Shown: positions 9,854-20,437, counted from the stretch's first letter. The stretch is 64,000 nt of DNA from Acidobacteriota bacterium (GCA_965248695.1 CBDFKD010000002.1:5568001-5632000); one strand, 5' to 3'. Made by a program: numbers and translations. Notes: generated by a model from the sequence alone, not told the origin.

Positions 9854-11443
9854 TCAAAACGAGACGACGCGCGCCCAGCGAATATCCGAGTGGTCGAGGA
9901 GCTCGCGGAGCCCGTCCGCGTCCAGCAGCTGATCCATGGCGACCACCGCGATCGCGGTGCCACTCGGCGCGTCGCGGCCCAGGCTCATGTCCGCGATGTT
10001 GATGCCGCGCTGCGCGAGGAACGTGCCGAGCTGGCCTACGACCCCCGGGATGTCTTCGTTCTCGAACACAAGCAGATGACCCTCGAGCTCCGTCTCGACG
10101 GGGATGCGGCCGATTTCCACCAGCCGGCCACGTCCGCCGTCGAAGACCGTGCCGGCCGCCGACTGGCTGCCGGTCTCGGTTACCGCGGTCACTCGGATCA
10201 GGCTCTGGTAGCCGCGCTCCGAAGTGCGCTTGGACTCGTCAACGCCAAGGCCGCGCTGTCGCGCGATCGCCGCAGCGTTCACCACGTTGACCTGATCGCC
10301 CAGGAATGGGCGTAGGTAGCCGGCAAGAATGTGCGCGCTGAGAGGCCGCAACGTATAGCCGGTGATCTCCCCGAAGTACTCGATCTGTAGTCGTTCGATG
10401 TTCTCGAAGCACTGCGACAGCAGAGCACCCAGCCGCTCACCCAGGTGCAGGTAAGGCTCCATGGCGCGTTGCTCGTCCGGCGGCAATGCCTGCACGTTGA
10501 TGGCATGGCGAATCACGCCCTCGGCGAGGTAATCGGCCACCTGTTGCGCGATCCCGGCACCGACACGCTGACGGGCCTCGTGCGTCGCCCCGCCCAGATG
10601 AGGCGTGCCGATGAAGTTCGGGTGAGCGATCAGCGCTTGGTTGTCGGTCGGCTCGGTCTCGAACACGTCGCAGGCGGCGCCGGCCAGCTGCCCGGAATCG
10701 AGCGCCGATAGCAAGGCCGCCTCGTCTATCAGGCCGCCACGGGCACAGTTGATCACTCGAGCGCCGGGCTTCATCGAGGCGATGGCTCGGGCGTCGATGA
10801 GATGTTCGGTGTCGTCCGTCTTCGGAACATGCAGCGTCAGGAAGTCGGCTTGTGGCAGCAGCTCGGCGATGGGGACCAAGTCGATGCCGAGGTCATGCGC
10901 CACCGACGGCGACAGGAACGGGTCAGCACCCAGTACCCGCATCTCCAGACCCCGCGCCCGCCGCGCCACCTCGCGCCCGATTCGACCGAGGCCGATGATG
11001 CCGAGCGTCTTGTCCTTGACCTCCACACCGAGATACGCCGCACGACCCCAAACGCCCTGCTTCAGCGCCGCAGCTGATTGCGGGATGTTGCGCGCCAGCG
11101 CCAGCATCAACGCCGTGGTGTGCTCCGCTGCCGTGACCGTGTTTCCCCATGGCAGGTTCATGACCAGTACGCCGCGTGTGGTCGCTGCGTCGACGTCGAT
11201 GTTGTCAACCCCCACACCGGCACGACCGACCACCTGCAGCAGAGGCGCTGCCTCCAGGGCGGCCGCATCGACGCGGTGTGGCGAGTGCACGATGACGCCC
11301 GCAAACGGCGCGATCACGTCGGACAGGGAGCCAGCCCCTCGATCGGGCGCGTGCTCGACCTCGACTCCGGCAGCCTCGAGAACCTCGCGGCCACCCTCTG
11401 GCAGGCGGCCGCACACCAGCACACGCAGCGGCGACTCAGCCAC
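9854..11443 (-). CDS. serA: D-3-phosphoglycerate dehydrogenase (long form with ASB and ACT domains)
   Basis: RAGVGVDNID, GLGRIG, NCARGG, TPHLGG, C-terminal ACT (DIPGVVGQLG); GTG start at 11443 overlaps the upstream stop. Confidence 0.93.
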   Translation of the reverse strand: MAESPLRVLVCGRLPEGGREVLEAAGVEVEHAPDRGAGSLSDVIAPFAGVIVHSPHRVDAAALEAAPLLQVVGRAGVGVDNIDVDAATTRGVLVMNLPWGNTVTAAEHTTALMLALARNIPQSAAALKQGVWGRAAYLGVEVKDKTLGIIGLGRIGREVARRARGLEMRVLGADPFLSPSVAHDLGIDLVPIAELLPQADFLTLHVPKTDDTEHLIDARAIASMKPGARVINCARGGLIDEAALLSALDSGQLAGAACDVFETEPTDNQALIAHPNFIGTPHLGGATHEARQRVGAGIAQQVADYLAEGVIRHAINVQALPPDEQRAMEPYLHLGERLGALLSQCFENIERLQIEYFGEITGYTLRPLSAHILAGYLRPFLGDQVNVVNAAAIARQRGLGVDESKRTSERGYQSLIRVTAVTETGSQSAAGTVFDGGRGRLVEIGRIPVETELEGHLLVFENEDIPGVVGQLGTFLAQRGINIADMSLGRDAPSGTAIAVVAMDQLLDADGLRELLDHSDIRWARVVSF

Positions 11444-12593
11444 GGGCCTCGAGCACCGCGTTGGCGGCGGCCACCGATGCTCCGGCGCTGACGGAATGTC
11501 CTGCGGTGGCGAGCACCCGCTCCAGGGTGGCGAGCGTTCCCAGCAGGTCGACCTCGTCGATGTACCCGAGGTGGCCGATGCGGAAGACATCGGGCTTGAG
11601 ATCTCCCTGCCCACCGGCGATGAACAAGTCGTGACGCTGGCGCATTGCCGCCACGATCTCAGGTGCCATCCCGGACCGCGGGGCCCGAATCGCTGTCACC
11701 GCCGGGCTCGGAGACGCGGGCGACAACAAGTCGAGCCCCAACGCGGCCACCGCCGCGCGGGTGGCCGCTGCCAGCGCCTGCGCGTTGGTCTCCAGGACGT
11801 CGATCCCACCGGCGTCGGCGATCGCTCCCAGCGCCGCCTGCAACTGCAGGACGAGGCCGGTAGCGGGAGTGAACGGCGTCTGATCGTTGGCCGCCGAGAG
11901 CGCGTACTTGCGCAGGTCGAAGTAATAGCGCGGCTTCTGGCGCTCGTCATGGACGCGGCCCCATCCGCGTTGCGAACACGCCACAAACCCGAGACCCGGA
12001 GGGATCATGAACGCTTTCTGCGAACCGCCGCAGACGGCATCCAGGTCCCAGGCATCCGTCTCGATGGGGAACGCGCCCACCGCGGTGATCGCGTCCACCA
12101 CAATGGCGGCCTCGGGCTCGACTCGCCGCGTCGCTGCGGCAATCTCGGCGACATCGATGGCCGCACCCGTCGAAGTCTCGCTGGCGGTCATTACCAGGCC
12201 GCTCACCGGACGGAAGGCCGCCACAGCTTCCGCGGCGTCGTCAGCGGTCAGGGTCTGGCCGGCGCCCGGCCGGACGGTCTTCACCCGCATCCCGTATGTC
12301 TCGGCCACGTCCACCCAGCGTTCGCCGAACTTCCCGCCAGCCAGCACCACGACCCGGTCGCCGGCGGCGAACAGGTTCACCAGCGCCGCCTCCACGGCCC
12401 CGGTGCCCGACGCCGCCAGCACCGCGACCGGCCCCTCGGTGCGGAAGGCGGCGCGCAGTCCGGTCTGCACGGCCGCGAAGCGCGGCTTGAAGCCGGCGGC
12501 TCGATGATGCGGCAGGGGCTCGCTCGCAGCAGCCCGCGCCGCGGGGTGAACGGGCGCCGGACCGGGGGTCATCAGCCGCAGTTTGCGTATCAT
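11436..12593 (-). CDS. class V PLP aminotransferase (alanine-glyoxylate / serine-pyruvate type; likely phosphoserine aminotransferase here)
   Basis: LMTPGP, SGTGAVEA, ETSTG, VDAI, GSQKAF (PLP lysine) and FRIGHLG motifs; coupled to serA. Confidence 0.88.
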   Translation of the reverse strand: MIRKLRLMTPGPAPVHPAARAAASEPLPHHRAAGFKPRFAAVQTGLRAAFRTEGPVAVLAASGTGAVEAALVNLFAAGDRVVVLAGGKFGERWVDVAETYGMRVKTVRPGAGQTLTADDAAEAVAAFRPVSGLVMTASETSTGAAIDVAEIAAATRRVEPEAAIVVDAITAVGAFPIETDAWDLDAVCGGSQKAFMIPPGLGFVACSQRGWGRVHDERQKPRYYFDLRKYALSAANDQTPFTPATGLVLQLQAALGAIADAGGIDVLETNAQALAAATRAAVAALGLDLLSPASPSPAVTAIRAPRSGMAPEIVAAMRQRHDLFIAGGQGDLKPDVFRIGHLGYIDEVDLLGTLATLERVLATAGHSVSAGASVAAANAVLEARG

Positions 12594-12654
12594 GGCGGCC
12601 AGTGTAACTCAGAAGCGACGGCTGTCTTTCGCCGTCCAGGAGACCGTACAAGCC

Positions 12655-13317
12655 GTGTTCTCAGACCCCGAAATCGACCATGACCGCATCCCCGACACGC
12701 GGTGTGACGGGGTCGCGCGCACCGTGGTGGCGGTCGTCGCGGGCGGGCTGAGCAAGCGAATGGGAGTCGACAAATCGAAGCTCGTGCTCGGCGATCAACC
12801 GCTAGGCGTGTGGCCGGCGCGGGCGCTGTCGGGCTTGGCAGCAACGCGCGTGCAGCTCGGCGGTGACCCGATACCCGGTCTCCACTGGCAGCTGCTCGAC
12901 GACCTGCGCGCCGGATGCGGCCCAGCGGGCGGGATCGAGTCCGGCCTGGCGACGTTCCCCGGAGCCGCCTTGGTAGTGTGCGCCGTCGATTTGCCGTTCG
13001 TACCGACGACATTGCTGGCCGGACTATTGCGTCGTCTGTCCGGCGGTTGCGTCGCCGCCGCACCACATCACGGCGACCGCTGGCACCCCCTGTGTGCGGC
13101 GTACTCCCCGGCCTTTCTGCCACCGCTCCGGGACTGGCTCGATAGCGGGCGGCGTGACCTCCAGCGCCTGCTCGACTCGGTCAGCGCCGTTCCGATCAGC
13201 GGCTCCGATCTGGAAGCCTTCGGCGATCCGGCGGAGCTGCTACGCAATGTCAACACGCCGGACGATCTGGCGGCGGCGCGGGCGTATTTGGGAGCCGAGG
13301 GGGCACCAGAAGTCTAA
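12655..13317 (+). CDS. mobA: molybdenum cofactor guanylyltransferase (MobA-like; start uncertain)
   Basis: VAGGLSKRMGVDKS, GPAGGI, AVDLPF, HPLCAAY and NVNTPDD motifs. Confidence 0.82.
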   Translation: MFSDPEIDHDRIPDTRCDGVARTVVAVVAGGLSKRMGVDKSKLVLGDQPLGVWPARALSGLAATRVQLGGDPIPGLHWQLLDDLRAGCGPAGGIESGLATFPGAALVVCAVDLPFVPTTLLAGLLRRLSGGCVAAAPHHGDRWHPLCAAYSPAFLPPLRDWLDSGRRDLQRLLDSVSAVPISGSDLEAFGDPAELLRNVNTPDDLAAARAYLGAEGAPEV

Positions 13318-13361
13318 GCGGGTAGCCGTTTCTCAGGCGGCGCCGAGCGCGCGGTCGCGCC

Positions 13362-14561
13362 TCAGGCGCCGAACTTCCTCAGACGCCCGGCGTGCGCCAG
13401 CACGAGCGGCAGGACGTCCATCGACCGAACGCTCCCGAGGGAGCCCTGCCGGCACGCCCGCTCGCCGAAGGCGCAACGATCCTGGCGAGCACGATCGCTA
13501 TGGATCAGCAAAGGAACCGGATGCCAGGAGTGCGCCCGCATGTGTGACGGAGTCGAGTGGTCTCCGGTGACCATGATCACGTCAAAGTCCGTCCGCAGCC
13601 CGGCGAGCAGCGCATCGGCCTTTTCGATCTCGGCGACCTTGCCGTCGTAGTCGCCGTCTTCTCCGCGGCTATCGGTCGACTTGTAGTGCAGGAAGACGAA
13701 GTCGTGGTCGGCGACCGAGTCCACCGTGGCAGCCAGGGCTTCGACAGTGTCGGCCGCACGGTAAGCGCTCATGCCGGCTAGACGAGCGGCGCCGAGATAC
13801 ATCGGGTAGCTGGCTACGGCGGCAGCCTTCAGGCCGTAAAGATCGGTGAAGCTCGGCAGGGGCTGGAACACGTCGAATCCGCGCAGCAACACGCCGTTGG
13901 CCACGTCCTGGTCGCCCAGCACCTGGCGGGCGCTGTCCACGAAGCGGGCCGCCAGTTCTGCGGTCGGCCTTGCGTCATCAGCCAGAGCCAGAGGTTCGAG
14001 CGCGGGCACGCCGGTGCGCTGCGGGTCGGTGTCGGCAACGCGGCCATCGAGCTCGGCACCGCGCCAAACCACACAGGCGCGATACTGCTTCACATGACGC
14101 ACGCTGCACTCGATGCCGTCTCCCGGATCGATGCCGTCGAGGCGCTCCACGAGCGGCCGTGCCATGACGTCGTCGATGCGACCCGCCCGACGGTCCACGA
14201 CGTTGCCGGCGCCGTCGAGCGTACAGAAATTGATCCGCGCGGCAACGTCTCCGGGGCACAGATCGAACTCCACCCCGAGGGCCGCGAGCACGCCTCGCCC
14301 CACCTGGTTTTCCACCGGGTCATAACCGAACAGGGCAATGTGCGCCGGGCCGCTGCCGGGAGTGATTCCGGGGCGAACCGGCACGGCTAGCCCACACTCT
14401 CCAGCGGCCGCCAGATCATCGAGCGTCGGGGTGCGAGCCGCCTCGAGCTCGGTCAGACGGGTTTCCGCGTTCGGAAGTCCACCCAGGCCGTCGAGCACCA
14501 TGAAGAGGATGCGCCGGTCCGACGGCGTGGCGAGCGAGCGATAGAAATCCAGGCGGTCCAT
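13362..14561 (-). CDS. apgM: 2,3-bisphosphoglycerate-independent phosphoglycerate mutase (archaeal-type)
   Basis: LDGLGG, TELEAARTP, PGSGPAH, GRGVL, YPMYLG, TGDHSTP and HSWHPVP motifs. Confidence 0.88.
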   Translation of the reverse strand: MDRLDFYRSLATPSDRRILFMVLDGLGGLPNAETRLTELEAARTPTLDDLAAAGECGLAVPVRPGITPGSGPAHIALFGYDPVENQVGRGVLAALGVEFDLCPGDVAARINFCTLDGAGNVVDRRAGRIDDVMARPLVERLDGIDPGDGIECSVRHVKQYRACVVWRGAELDGRVADTDPQRTGVPALEPLALADDARPTAELAARFVDSARQVLGDQDVANGVLLRGFDVFQPLPSFTDLYGLKAAAVASYPMYLGAARLAGMSAYRAADTVEALAATVDSVADHDFVFLHYKSTDSRGEDGDYDGKVAEIEKADALLAGLRTDFDVIMVTGDHSTPSHMRAHSWHPVPLLIHSDRARQDRCAFGERACRQGSLGSVRSMDVLPLVLAHAGRLRKFGA

Positions 14562-14600
14562 GGAAGGTGAGGCGAGCGGCGACGCTCCAGTCGTGGATGA

Positions 14601-15341
14601 CTACGGCATCGGCGCGGTCGGAACGGGGACTCGGCGAGCATACCACCGAGGCGCGAACCGCAACCACAGCACGGTCAGGAGGATTCCGGTGCCGGCGCCG
14701 ATGGTGCCGCGCACCGTGCCGCTGATCTTCGAGCGCCCCTTGCGAGCGCGGTAGCGCACCGCCACTTCGCGCACCCGGAGGTCGTTCTGCAGCGCCTTTA
14801 CCTGCATCTCGGCGTTCCATCCGTACGCCGGATCCCCCATCCGCAGCTTCTGCAATGCCTGCCAACGGATGGCTCGGAACGGGCCCATGTCCTCGTAGGT
14901 GTGTCCGAACAGCAGGCGAATCAGCGAGGTCGCCAACCAGTTACCCCATCGCACGTGAGGGCCCAGCGCGCCGGCTTCCGCCAGCCGCACTCGACTGCCG
15001 CACACGAGGTCCGCGTCGTCGGCCAGAATCGGCTGCAGCACCTCCTCGAGATCCTGCGGATCGTCGCTGTGGTCGGCATCCAGGATGACGACGATTTCTG
15101 GAGGCTGAGCCATCAGGTGGCGGAGTCCGGCCTGGCAGGCGATTCCGTACCCCGGCCGGTCCTCGACCACCACCTCGACGCCAAGCTTGCGCGCCACCTC
15201 TCCGGTGCCGTCGATACTGCCGTTGTCCACCACGACGACGCGCGGGCGCCGCGCCGATGGAATCTCGGCGAGCACGTGCGGCAGCGCCTGCGCCTCGTCG
15301 CGTGCCGGAATGACGATAGCAATGCCTGGTTCGGTGCCCAT
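14601..15341 (-). CDS. glycosyltransferase family 2 (DPM synthase-like)
   Basis: VIPARDE, VVDNGSIDGT, LDADHSD, DMGPFRA and GRSKISG motifs. Confidence 0.9.
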   Translation of the reverse strand: MGTEPGIAIVIPARDEAQALPHVLAEIPSARRPRVVVVDNGSIDGTGEVARKLGVEVVVEDRPGYGIACQAGLRHLMAQPPEIVVILDADHSDDPQDLEEVLQPILADDADLVCGSRVRLAEAGALGPHVRWGNWLATSLIRLLFGHTYEDMGPFRAIRWQALQKLRMGDPAYGWNAEMQVKALQNDLRVREVAVRYRARKGRSKISGTVRGTIGAGTGILLTVLWLRFAPRWYARRVPVPTAPMP

Positions 15342-15505
15342 GACGGGCAGTTTAGTGTCCAGGACCCTGATACGGGCCGCCTGCATGGCCGTGGTAACCT
15401 GCGGCGCGGTACGGCGTATGTCGCAGCATCGCTGTATCGCCCCCACGTTCTCTTGCCGCCGCGCTGGCAACATCTGGCCGCGTTACCACGTAGGCACGCT
15501 CCTAA

Positions 15506-16315
15506 ATGCTGTTTGCCGCCGTTTCGGTGATGCTCGTGTATACGTCGGTTGGCATGGTGGTTGCCGCGCTGATCGCGCGGCCGCCGACGGGTCCGGGCTT
15601 CTGGCGCCTGACCGTTCTTCTCGCCCTCACAGGTATCGGCCTCGGCGGCGGAATCCGGCTGAGTGGGCTGGCCGCGGCGCTGCCGCACCCGGGCTCCGCG
15701 GCGGTCTTGGCGCTGGCCGTCGCGTCAGCTGCCCTGATTGTCTTCGGCGCGCGCAAGGCCGTCGTGGAAGACGAGCGCCAGAGCTGGCTCCTGGCGTTGG
15801 CCGCTATCGCCGCCGTCGCGTCGATCGCCGTGGATCCGGCGCTGCAACCGGCGACCGGGACCGGCGCTGCAGAGACCTTCGTCTACGTGGTCGGCCTGTT
15901 GACGGTCGCCAGCGCGCTGGGGTCGGTGCTGTTGGCGATGCTACTGGCCCACTGGTATCTCATCGAGCCACGCATGCCGATCGCCCCACTCAATCGCGTC
16001 CTGGGGCTGTTTCTCGCCACCGAGGGCATCAAGCTGGCGCTGGTGTTCGCAGTGGTGGCGATCCATCTACCGGCCTGGAACGCCAACGACGGCGGGCTGC
16101 TACGTGCATTCGTTCTGGGGGACGCGCTGTTCGTCGCGGTGCGTGCAACGCTCGGCGTGCTAGCGCCCTTGGTGCTCGGCTGGATGACCTGGAAGACGGT
16201 GCAGATCCGCTCGATCCAATCGGCGACGGGCATCTTGTATGCTGCGATCGTCTTCGTGCTTTTCGGAGAGGTGATCTCGCTCTACCTCTCGCTCTCGACC
16301 GGACGTCCGTTCTGA
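15506..16315 (+). CDS. multi-pass membrane protein of unknown function (about 8 TM; LAMLLAHWYL motif)
   Basis: 269-aa hydrophobic ORF; stop overlaps the next ATG (TGATG). Confidence 0.75.
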   Translation: MLFAAVSVMLVYTSVGMVVAALIARPPTGPGFWRLTVLLALTGIGLGGGIRLSGLAAALPHPGSAAVLALAVASAALIVFGARKAVVEDERQSWLLALAAIAAVASIAVDPALQPATGTGAAETFVYVVGLLTVASALGSVLLAMLLAHWYLIEPRMPIAPLNRVLGLFLATEGIKLALVFAVVAIHLPAWNANDGGLLRAFVLGDALFVAVRATLGVLAPLVLGWMTWKTVQIRSIQSATGILYAAIVFVLFGEVISLYLSLSTGRPF

Positions 16316-16782
16316 TGGACCACTCGATCGAATGGCGCTGCCCCGAGTGCCAGCGCCCTGACCAGCAGGATCTCGACGGCCACCGGAGCCTGAAGTGTTC
16401 GAATTGCGGCCACCAGGCGGACTATGTAGAGGGCGCTCTCGACGACGCCGGAAGCGTCGTCGACCCGGCGGCGCTGTGCCCCATGTGTGGCTATGACCGG
16501 CTCTTCGCTCAGAAGGACTTCAACCGCAAGATCGGTCTGGCGATCGTGGTAGTCGGCGCGGTGCTCTCTCCCTGGACATACGGGCTCAGCCTCGTGGTGT
16601 TCATGGCGTTCGACTATGGGCTCTATCGATTCGTGCCCGAGATCACCGTTTGCTACGGATGCGATGCAATCCTCCGCGGCTTCGAACACAACCCGCTGCA
16701 CCGAGCCCACGATCCGCTGCTGGCGGATCGCTATCGTCGCGAGGCGCCGATCAACGCGCTCAACGAGGACACCGAACAGTGA
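16315..16782 (+). CDS. small membrane protein with four CxxC pairs (zinc-ribbon-like)
   Basis: MDHSIEWRCPEC...CSNC...CPMC...two TM helices...CYGC; C-terminal part of track ORF 15187-16782. Confidence 0.78.
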   Translation: MDHSIEWRCPECQRPDQQDLDGHRSLKCSNCGHQADYVEGALDDAGSVVDPAALCPMCGYDRLFAQKDFNRKIGLAIVVVGAVLSPWTYGLSLVVFMAFDYGLYRFVPEITVCYGCDAILRGFEHNPLHRAHDPLLADRYRREAPINALNEDTEQ

Positions 16783-16935
16783 GAGAGCTGACGCCGGAAG
16801 CCCAGTTTGACGGCCTCTCGCAGCCGCTGGCAAGGATTTGACACCCTTCTGTATCGAAGGTAGCTTTTACCCGCTCCGCGGCCCGGTGGGGGTGTGCGGC
16901 CACACGATCTGGCAAGGTCCAGAACCGCGAACAGC

Positions 16936-17826
16936 ATGACCGACCCTAACGTTCCGGAGTCCTCGGAGACCTCTGAAGGCACGGACGAACTAAGTCCGTT
17001 CCGGGTCGCCCTCGGGTTCTTTATTCTGCCGCTGCTGCTCGTCGTCGCCGGCATCGCCCTGTTCCTGATGTTCGGTGTGCTAGCCCACGACGGCGCCGAC
17101 CCGGTGGACTATCTGCCGGCCATCAACGGCAACGGAATCAACGAGCCCTGGCAGGCTGCGTTCCATCTTTCGCAGCAACTGCAGTACAACGATCAGCTCA
17201 AAGGCGACGCCGAGTTCGCGGCGCAGGTCGTGCGCGCGATGGAACGTGCCGAGGATGGCGATCCGCGTGTTCGCAGGTTCCTCAGCATCGCCCTCGGACG
17301 GCTCGAGCACGCTTCCGCGGTACCCGCGCTGATCGCAACGACCCGCGACGACGACTCGGAAGCGCGCGTCAACGCCGCCTGGGCGTTGGGTACGATCGGC
17401 GATCCGACGGCCGCTGCCGCGGTTGCCGAGCTGTTGACCGACGACGTCGCGGCGGTGCGAACGATGGCGGCGTACGTGCTCGGCGTCTTGGCAGAGTCGA
17501 GCGCCGAGCGCCCGCTCCGCGTCGCCTTGAACGATACCGTCCCGGCGGTGCGCTGGAACGCGGCGGTAGCGCTCGCGATGCTGGGGCACCGTGGTGGCAT
17601 GGAGACGCTGATCCTGATGATCGATCGGGCGCATCTATCCTCTGTGCCGGGTATCACGGAACAGGATCATGGCAACACGATGCTGGCAGCCCTTCGGGCG
17701 CTCGAACGCCTGGGATCTGCGGGCCTGGAAGACAAGCTGACGAAACTGCGCGACACTGACCCCGATCCCCGCATCCAGGAGGCAGCCCGTCGGGCCCTCT
17801 CAGCGCCGCAAGGATCGGTAGAGTAA
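16936..17826 (+). CDS. membrane-anchored HEAT-repeat (PBS lyase-like) protein
   Basis: N-terminal TM, then repeats VRRFLSIALGRL, ARVNAAWALGTIG, VRTMAAYVLGVL, VRWNAAVALAML. Confidence 0.85.
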   Translation: MTDPNVPESSETSEGTDELSPFRVALGFFILPLLLVVAGIALFLMFGVLAHDGADPVDYLPAINGNGINEPWQAAFHLSQQLQYNDQLKGDAEFAAQVVRAMERAEDGDPRVRRFLSIALGRLEHASAVPALIATTRDDDSEARVNAAWALGTIGDPTAAAAVAELLTDDVAAVRTMAAYVLGVLAESSAERPLRVALNDTVPAVRWNAAVALAMLGHRGGMETLILMIDRAHLSSVPGITEQDHGNTMLAALRALERLGSAGLEDKLTKLRDTDPDPRIQEAARRALSAPQGSVE

Positions 17827-17873
17827 GACGGTTCAACGCTCCTGGCTGAGGAGCGATAAGGGGAGCCTGAGAG

Positions 17874-18425
17874 ATGGCGGAAGCCGAAGCACCAGAAGCC
17901 GCTGCCGGCGGACAGGTAGAGGTCGGCAAGAGTCGCCGCGAGTTTCTCGAGTCCTTGCCGTGGGTAACCATCGCCTGGGCATCGTTCACCGGCGCCGTCG
18001 GCGCGATGCTCGCAGCAACCGTACGCTTCCTATACCCGAACGTCCTCTACGAACCGCCGCTACAGTTCAAGATCGGGCTGCCGACGGATTTCCAGGTCGG
18101 ACAGGTGTCGCTGGCCTTCAAGGACCGCTACGGCGTCTGGGTGGTGCGCAACGAGGAAGGGTTCTACGCCCTGATCTCGGTTTGCACTCACCTTGGCTGC
18201 ACCCCCAACTGGCTCGCGGCCGAGAACAAGTTCAAGTGCCCATGCCACGGCAGTGGGTTCTACAGCACCGGTATCAACTTCGAGGGCCCCGCACCACGTC
18301 CGCTCGAACGAGCCGCCGTGTCGCTGGCCGACGACGGCCAGATCTTGGTCGACAAGTCGCGCAAGTTCCTGTTCGAGCAGGGCGGCTGGGACGATCCCGC
18401 ATCGTTCCTCGCCTTCACCGCTTGA
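17874..18425 (+). CDS. qcrA: Rieske [2Fe-2S] subunit of quinol:cytochrome c oxidoreductase
   Basis: SRREFL Tat anchor; CTHLGC and CPCHGS motifs; GPAPRPL. Confidence 0.92.
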   Translation: MAEAEAPEAAAGGQVEVGKSRREFLESLPWVTIAWASFTGAVGAMLAATVRFLYPNVLYEPPLQFKIGLPTDFQVGQVSLAFKDRYGVWVVRNEEGFYALISVCTHLGCTPNWLAAENKFKCPCHGSGFYSTGINFEGPAPRPLERAAVSLADDGQILVDKSRKFLFEQGGWDDPASFLAFTA

Positions 18426-18459
18426 GATCGTTGCAGATTCCGCGAGGAGCAAAGCTCGG

Positions 18460-19308
18460 ATGAGCAGTTTCGGAGATCGTCTGAAGGGTCTGAAGGAAAA
18501 GATCGGCACGCCCAAGGAGTGGTATGCCGACTTCCGGCTCACTCCGGTGTGGAAGTCGATCTTCCGGCACAAGATGCCGCAGGATCCGAAGAACCGGGCC
18601 ATGGTGGTGCTGACCAACGTGTTCCTGCACCTGCATCCGGTACGGATGCGGAAGCAGGGTCTGCGAGTGTCCTACACCTGGTGCATGGGCGGGATCTCGT
18701 TCTTCCTGTTCCTGTCGTTGACGGTCACCGGCATCCTGTTGATGTTCTACTACCGCCCCACCGCGCAGCATGCCTACCCGGACATGCTCGACCTGATGGA
18801 GTCGGCTTCGCTCGGGCTGATGCGCGAGATGCATCGCTGGGCAGCCCACCTGATGGTCATCACGGTGTGGCTGCACATGCTGCGCGTGTTCCTTACCGGC
18901 TCATACAAGCCGCCGCGCGAGTTCAACTGGGTTGTTGGCGTGCTGCTGCTGGTGCTGACGCTGCTATTCTCGTTCACTGGCTATCTGCTGCCGTGGGACC
19001 AGCTGGCGATGTGGGCGGTCACCGTCGGTAGCAATATGGCGCGGGCCACGCCGATCCTCGGGTCTGAAGGGCCCGGTCAGCAATTGATGCAGATCGGCGA
19101 CGTGCCTCTCATCACCGCCGGCTCGGACATGCGCTTCGTTCTACTGGCGGGCAGATTCGTCGGCGAGGCCGCCTTGCTGCGGTTCTACGTGCTGCATTGT
19201 CTCGGAATCCCGTTCATCTTCGTGATCCTGCTGGCGGTGCACTTCTGGCGAGTACGTCGCGACGGCGGGATATCCGGCCCGGGCAAGGGCGGGAAGTTAG
19301 CACTGTGA
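18460..19308 (+). CDS. qcrB: cytochrome b N-terminal (b6-like) subunit
   Basis: WCMGG, HRWAAH...[17 protein letters not shown]...VH; start at ATG 18460. Confidence 0.9.
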   Translation: MSSFGDRLKGLKEKIGTPKEWYADFRLTPVWKSIFRHKMPQDPKNRAMVVLTNVFLHLHPVRMRKQGLRVSYTWCMGGISFFLFLSLTVTGILLMFYYRPTAQHAYPDMLDLMESASLGLMREMHRWAAHLMVITVWLHMLRVFLTGSYKPPREFNWVVGVLLLVLTLLFSFTGYLLPWDQLAMWAVTVGSNMARATPILGSEGPGQQLMQIGDVPLITAGSDMRFVLLAGRFVGEAALLRFYVLHCLGIPFIFVILLAVHFWRVRRDGGISGPGKGGKLAL

Positions 19309-19348
19309 GCTGTGGCAGAGTGCTGAAGAACTCCGGTGGGGTGCGGCA

Positions 19349-20437
19349 ATGATCGATGCGCTCAAGCTGTTCATCAACGGGCTGTTCGAGCCCTACATCG
19401 CACTCACGCTGACCACGGCGGCAGTGTTGCTGCTGTACCGCTTCCGCGTTCCGGCGACGCGCAACAAGTGGATAGGCGGTTCCATTCTCGCCACGCCGAT
19501 CTTGTTCTTCGGCCTTTCGGCGCTGGACGCGAACTTCTGGATCCAATTCAAGCGCGCCGACAACCTGCCGATCTCGGGAATGATGTTCCTGGTCGTCTTC
19601 TTCGTTTGGTTCGCGCTCAAGAAGGGGGTCGAGAACGACCTCCGCATGAAAGAAGGCCGGCCGCCGTACGAAGCCGAAGAAGAGGAAGAAGAGAAGGTCT
19701 TCGTGTGGCCCGACCTGGTCTACACCGAGTTCATGTGCGTGCTGCTGGTGAGCATCCTGCTGGTGGTTTGGTCGATCCTGGTGCCGGCGCCACTCGAGGA
19801 GCCCGCCAACCCACAGCTGACGCCGAATCCCTCCAAGGCACCTTGGTACTTCCTCGGGCTGCAGGAGATCCTGGTTTATTTCGATCCCTGGCTGGCGGGG
19901 GTGGTCATCCCGACGTTCATCGTCATCGGGCTGATGTCGATCCCGTATATGGATCCGAATCCGAAGGGCAACGGCTACTACACCTTCGAGGAGCGCCGCT
20001 CCGAGATCGTGTTGTTCCAGTTCGGGTTCATCGTCCTCTGGGTGTTCATGGTCTTTCAGGGCACCTTCCTGCGCGGGCCCAATTGGAACTTCTACGGCCC
20101 CTACGAGCTCTGGGACGCGCACAAGCTGGTGCCGCTGAGCAACGTCCAGCTGTCCGAGTTCATCTGGGCGCGCGGGCTGGGGATCGGACTGCCGAGCTTC
20201 TGGCTGGTGCGCGAATCCTTCGGCATTTTGCTCTTGCTGGCTTACTTCACCGCGCTACCGGCGTGGGCAGCCAGCAGGTGGCTACGGAAGTACTTCGATC
20301 AGATGGGAATGATGCGCTACGTGCTGTTCACCCACCTGTTGCTGTGGATGTTCCTGATCCCGATCAAGATGTATCTGCGCTGGACCATAAACTTGAAGTA
20401 CTTCGTCTGGATTCCGGAGTTCTTCTTCAACATTTAG
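19349..20437 (+). CDS. cytochrome b C-terminal / subunit IV-like protein with extra TM helices
   Basis: VWPDL, APLEEPANP..TPNPSKAPWYFLGLQE and PYMD motifs. Confidence 0.85.
   Translation: MIDALKLFINGLFEPYIALTLTTAAVLLLYRFRVPATRNKWIGGSILATPILFFGLSALDANFWIQFKRADNLPISGMMFLVVFFVWFALKKGVENDLRMKEGRPPYEAEEEEEEKVFVWPDLVYTEFMCVLLVSILLVVWSILVPAPLEEPANPQLTPNPSKAPWYFLGLQEILVYFDPWLAGVVIPTFIVIGLMSIPYMDPNPKGNGYYTFEERRSEIVLFQFGFIVLWVFMVFQGTFLRGPNWNFYGPYELWDAHKLVPLSNVQLSEFIWARGLGIGLPSFWLVRESFGILLLLAYFTALPAWAASRWLRKYFDQMGMMRYVLFTHLLLWMFLIPIKMYLRWTINLKYFVWIPEFFFNI

Noticed and set aside
15187-16782. 531-aa track ORF as a single gene
   Set aside because: Its N-terminal part is a low-complexity alternative frame over the GT2 and membrane-protein genes; only 16315-16782 looks coding
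17874-18425. Tat motif on the QcrA Rieske protein as a novelty
   Set aside because: Tat anchoring is normal for respiratory Rieske subunits, unlike for oxygenase alpha subunits
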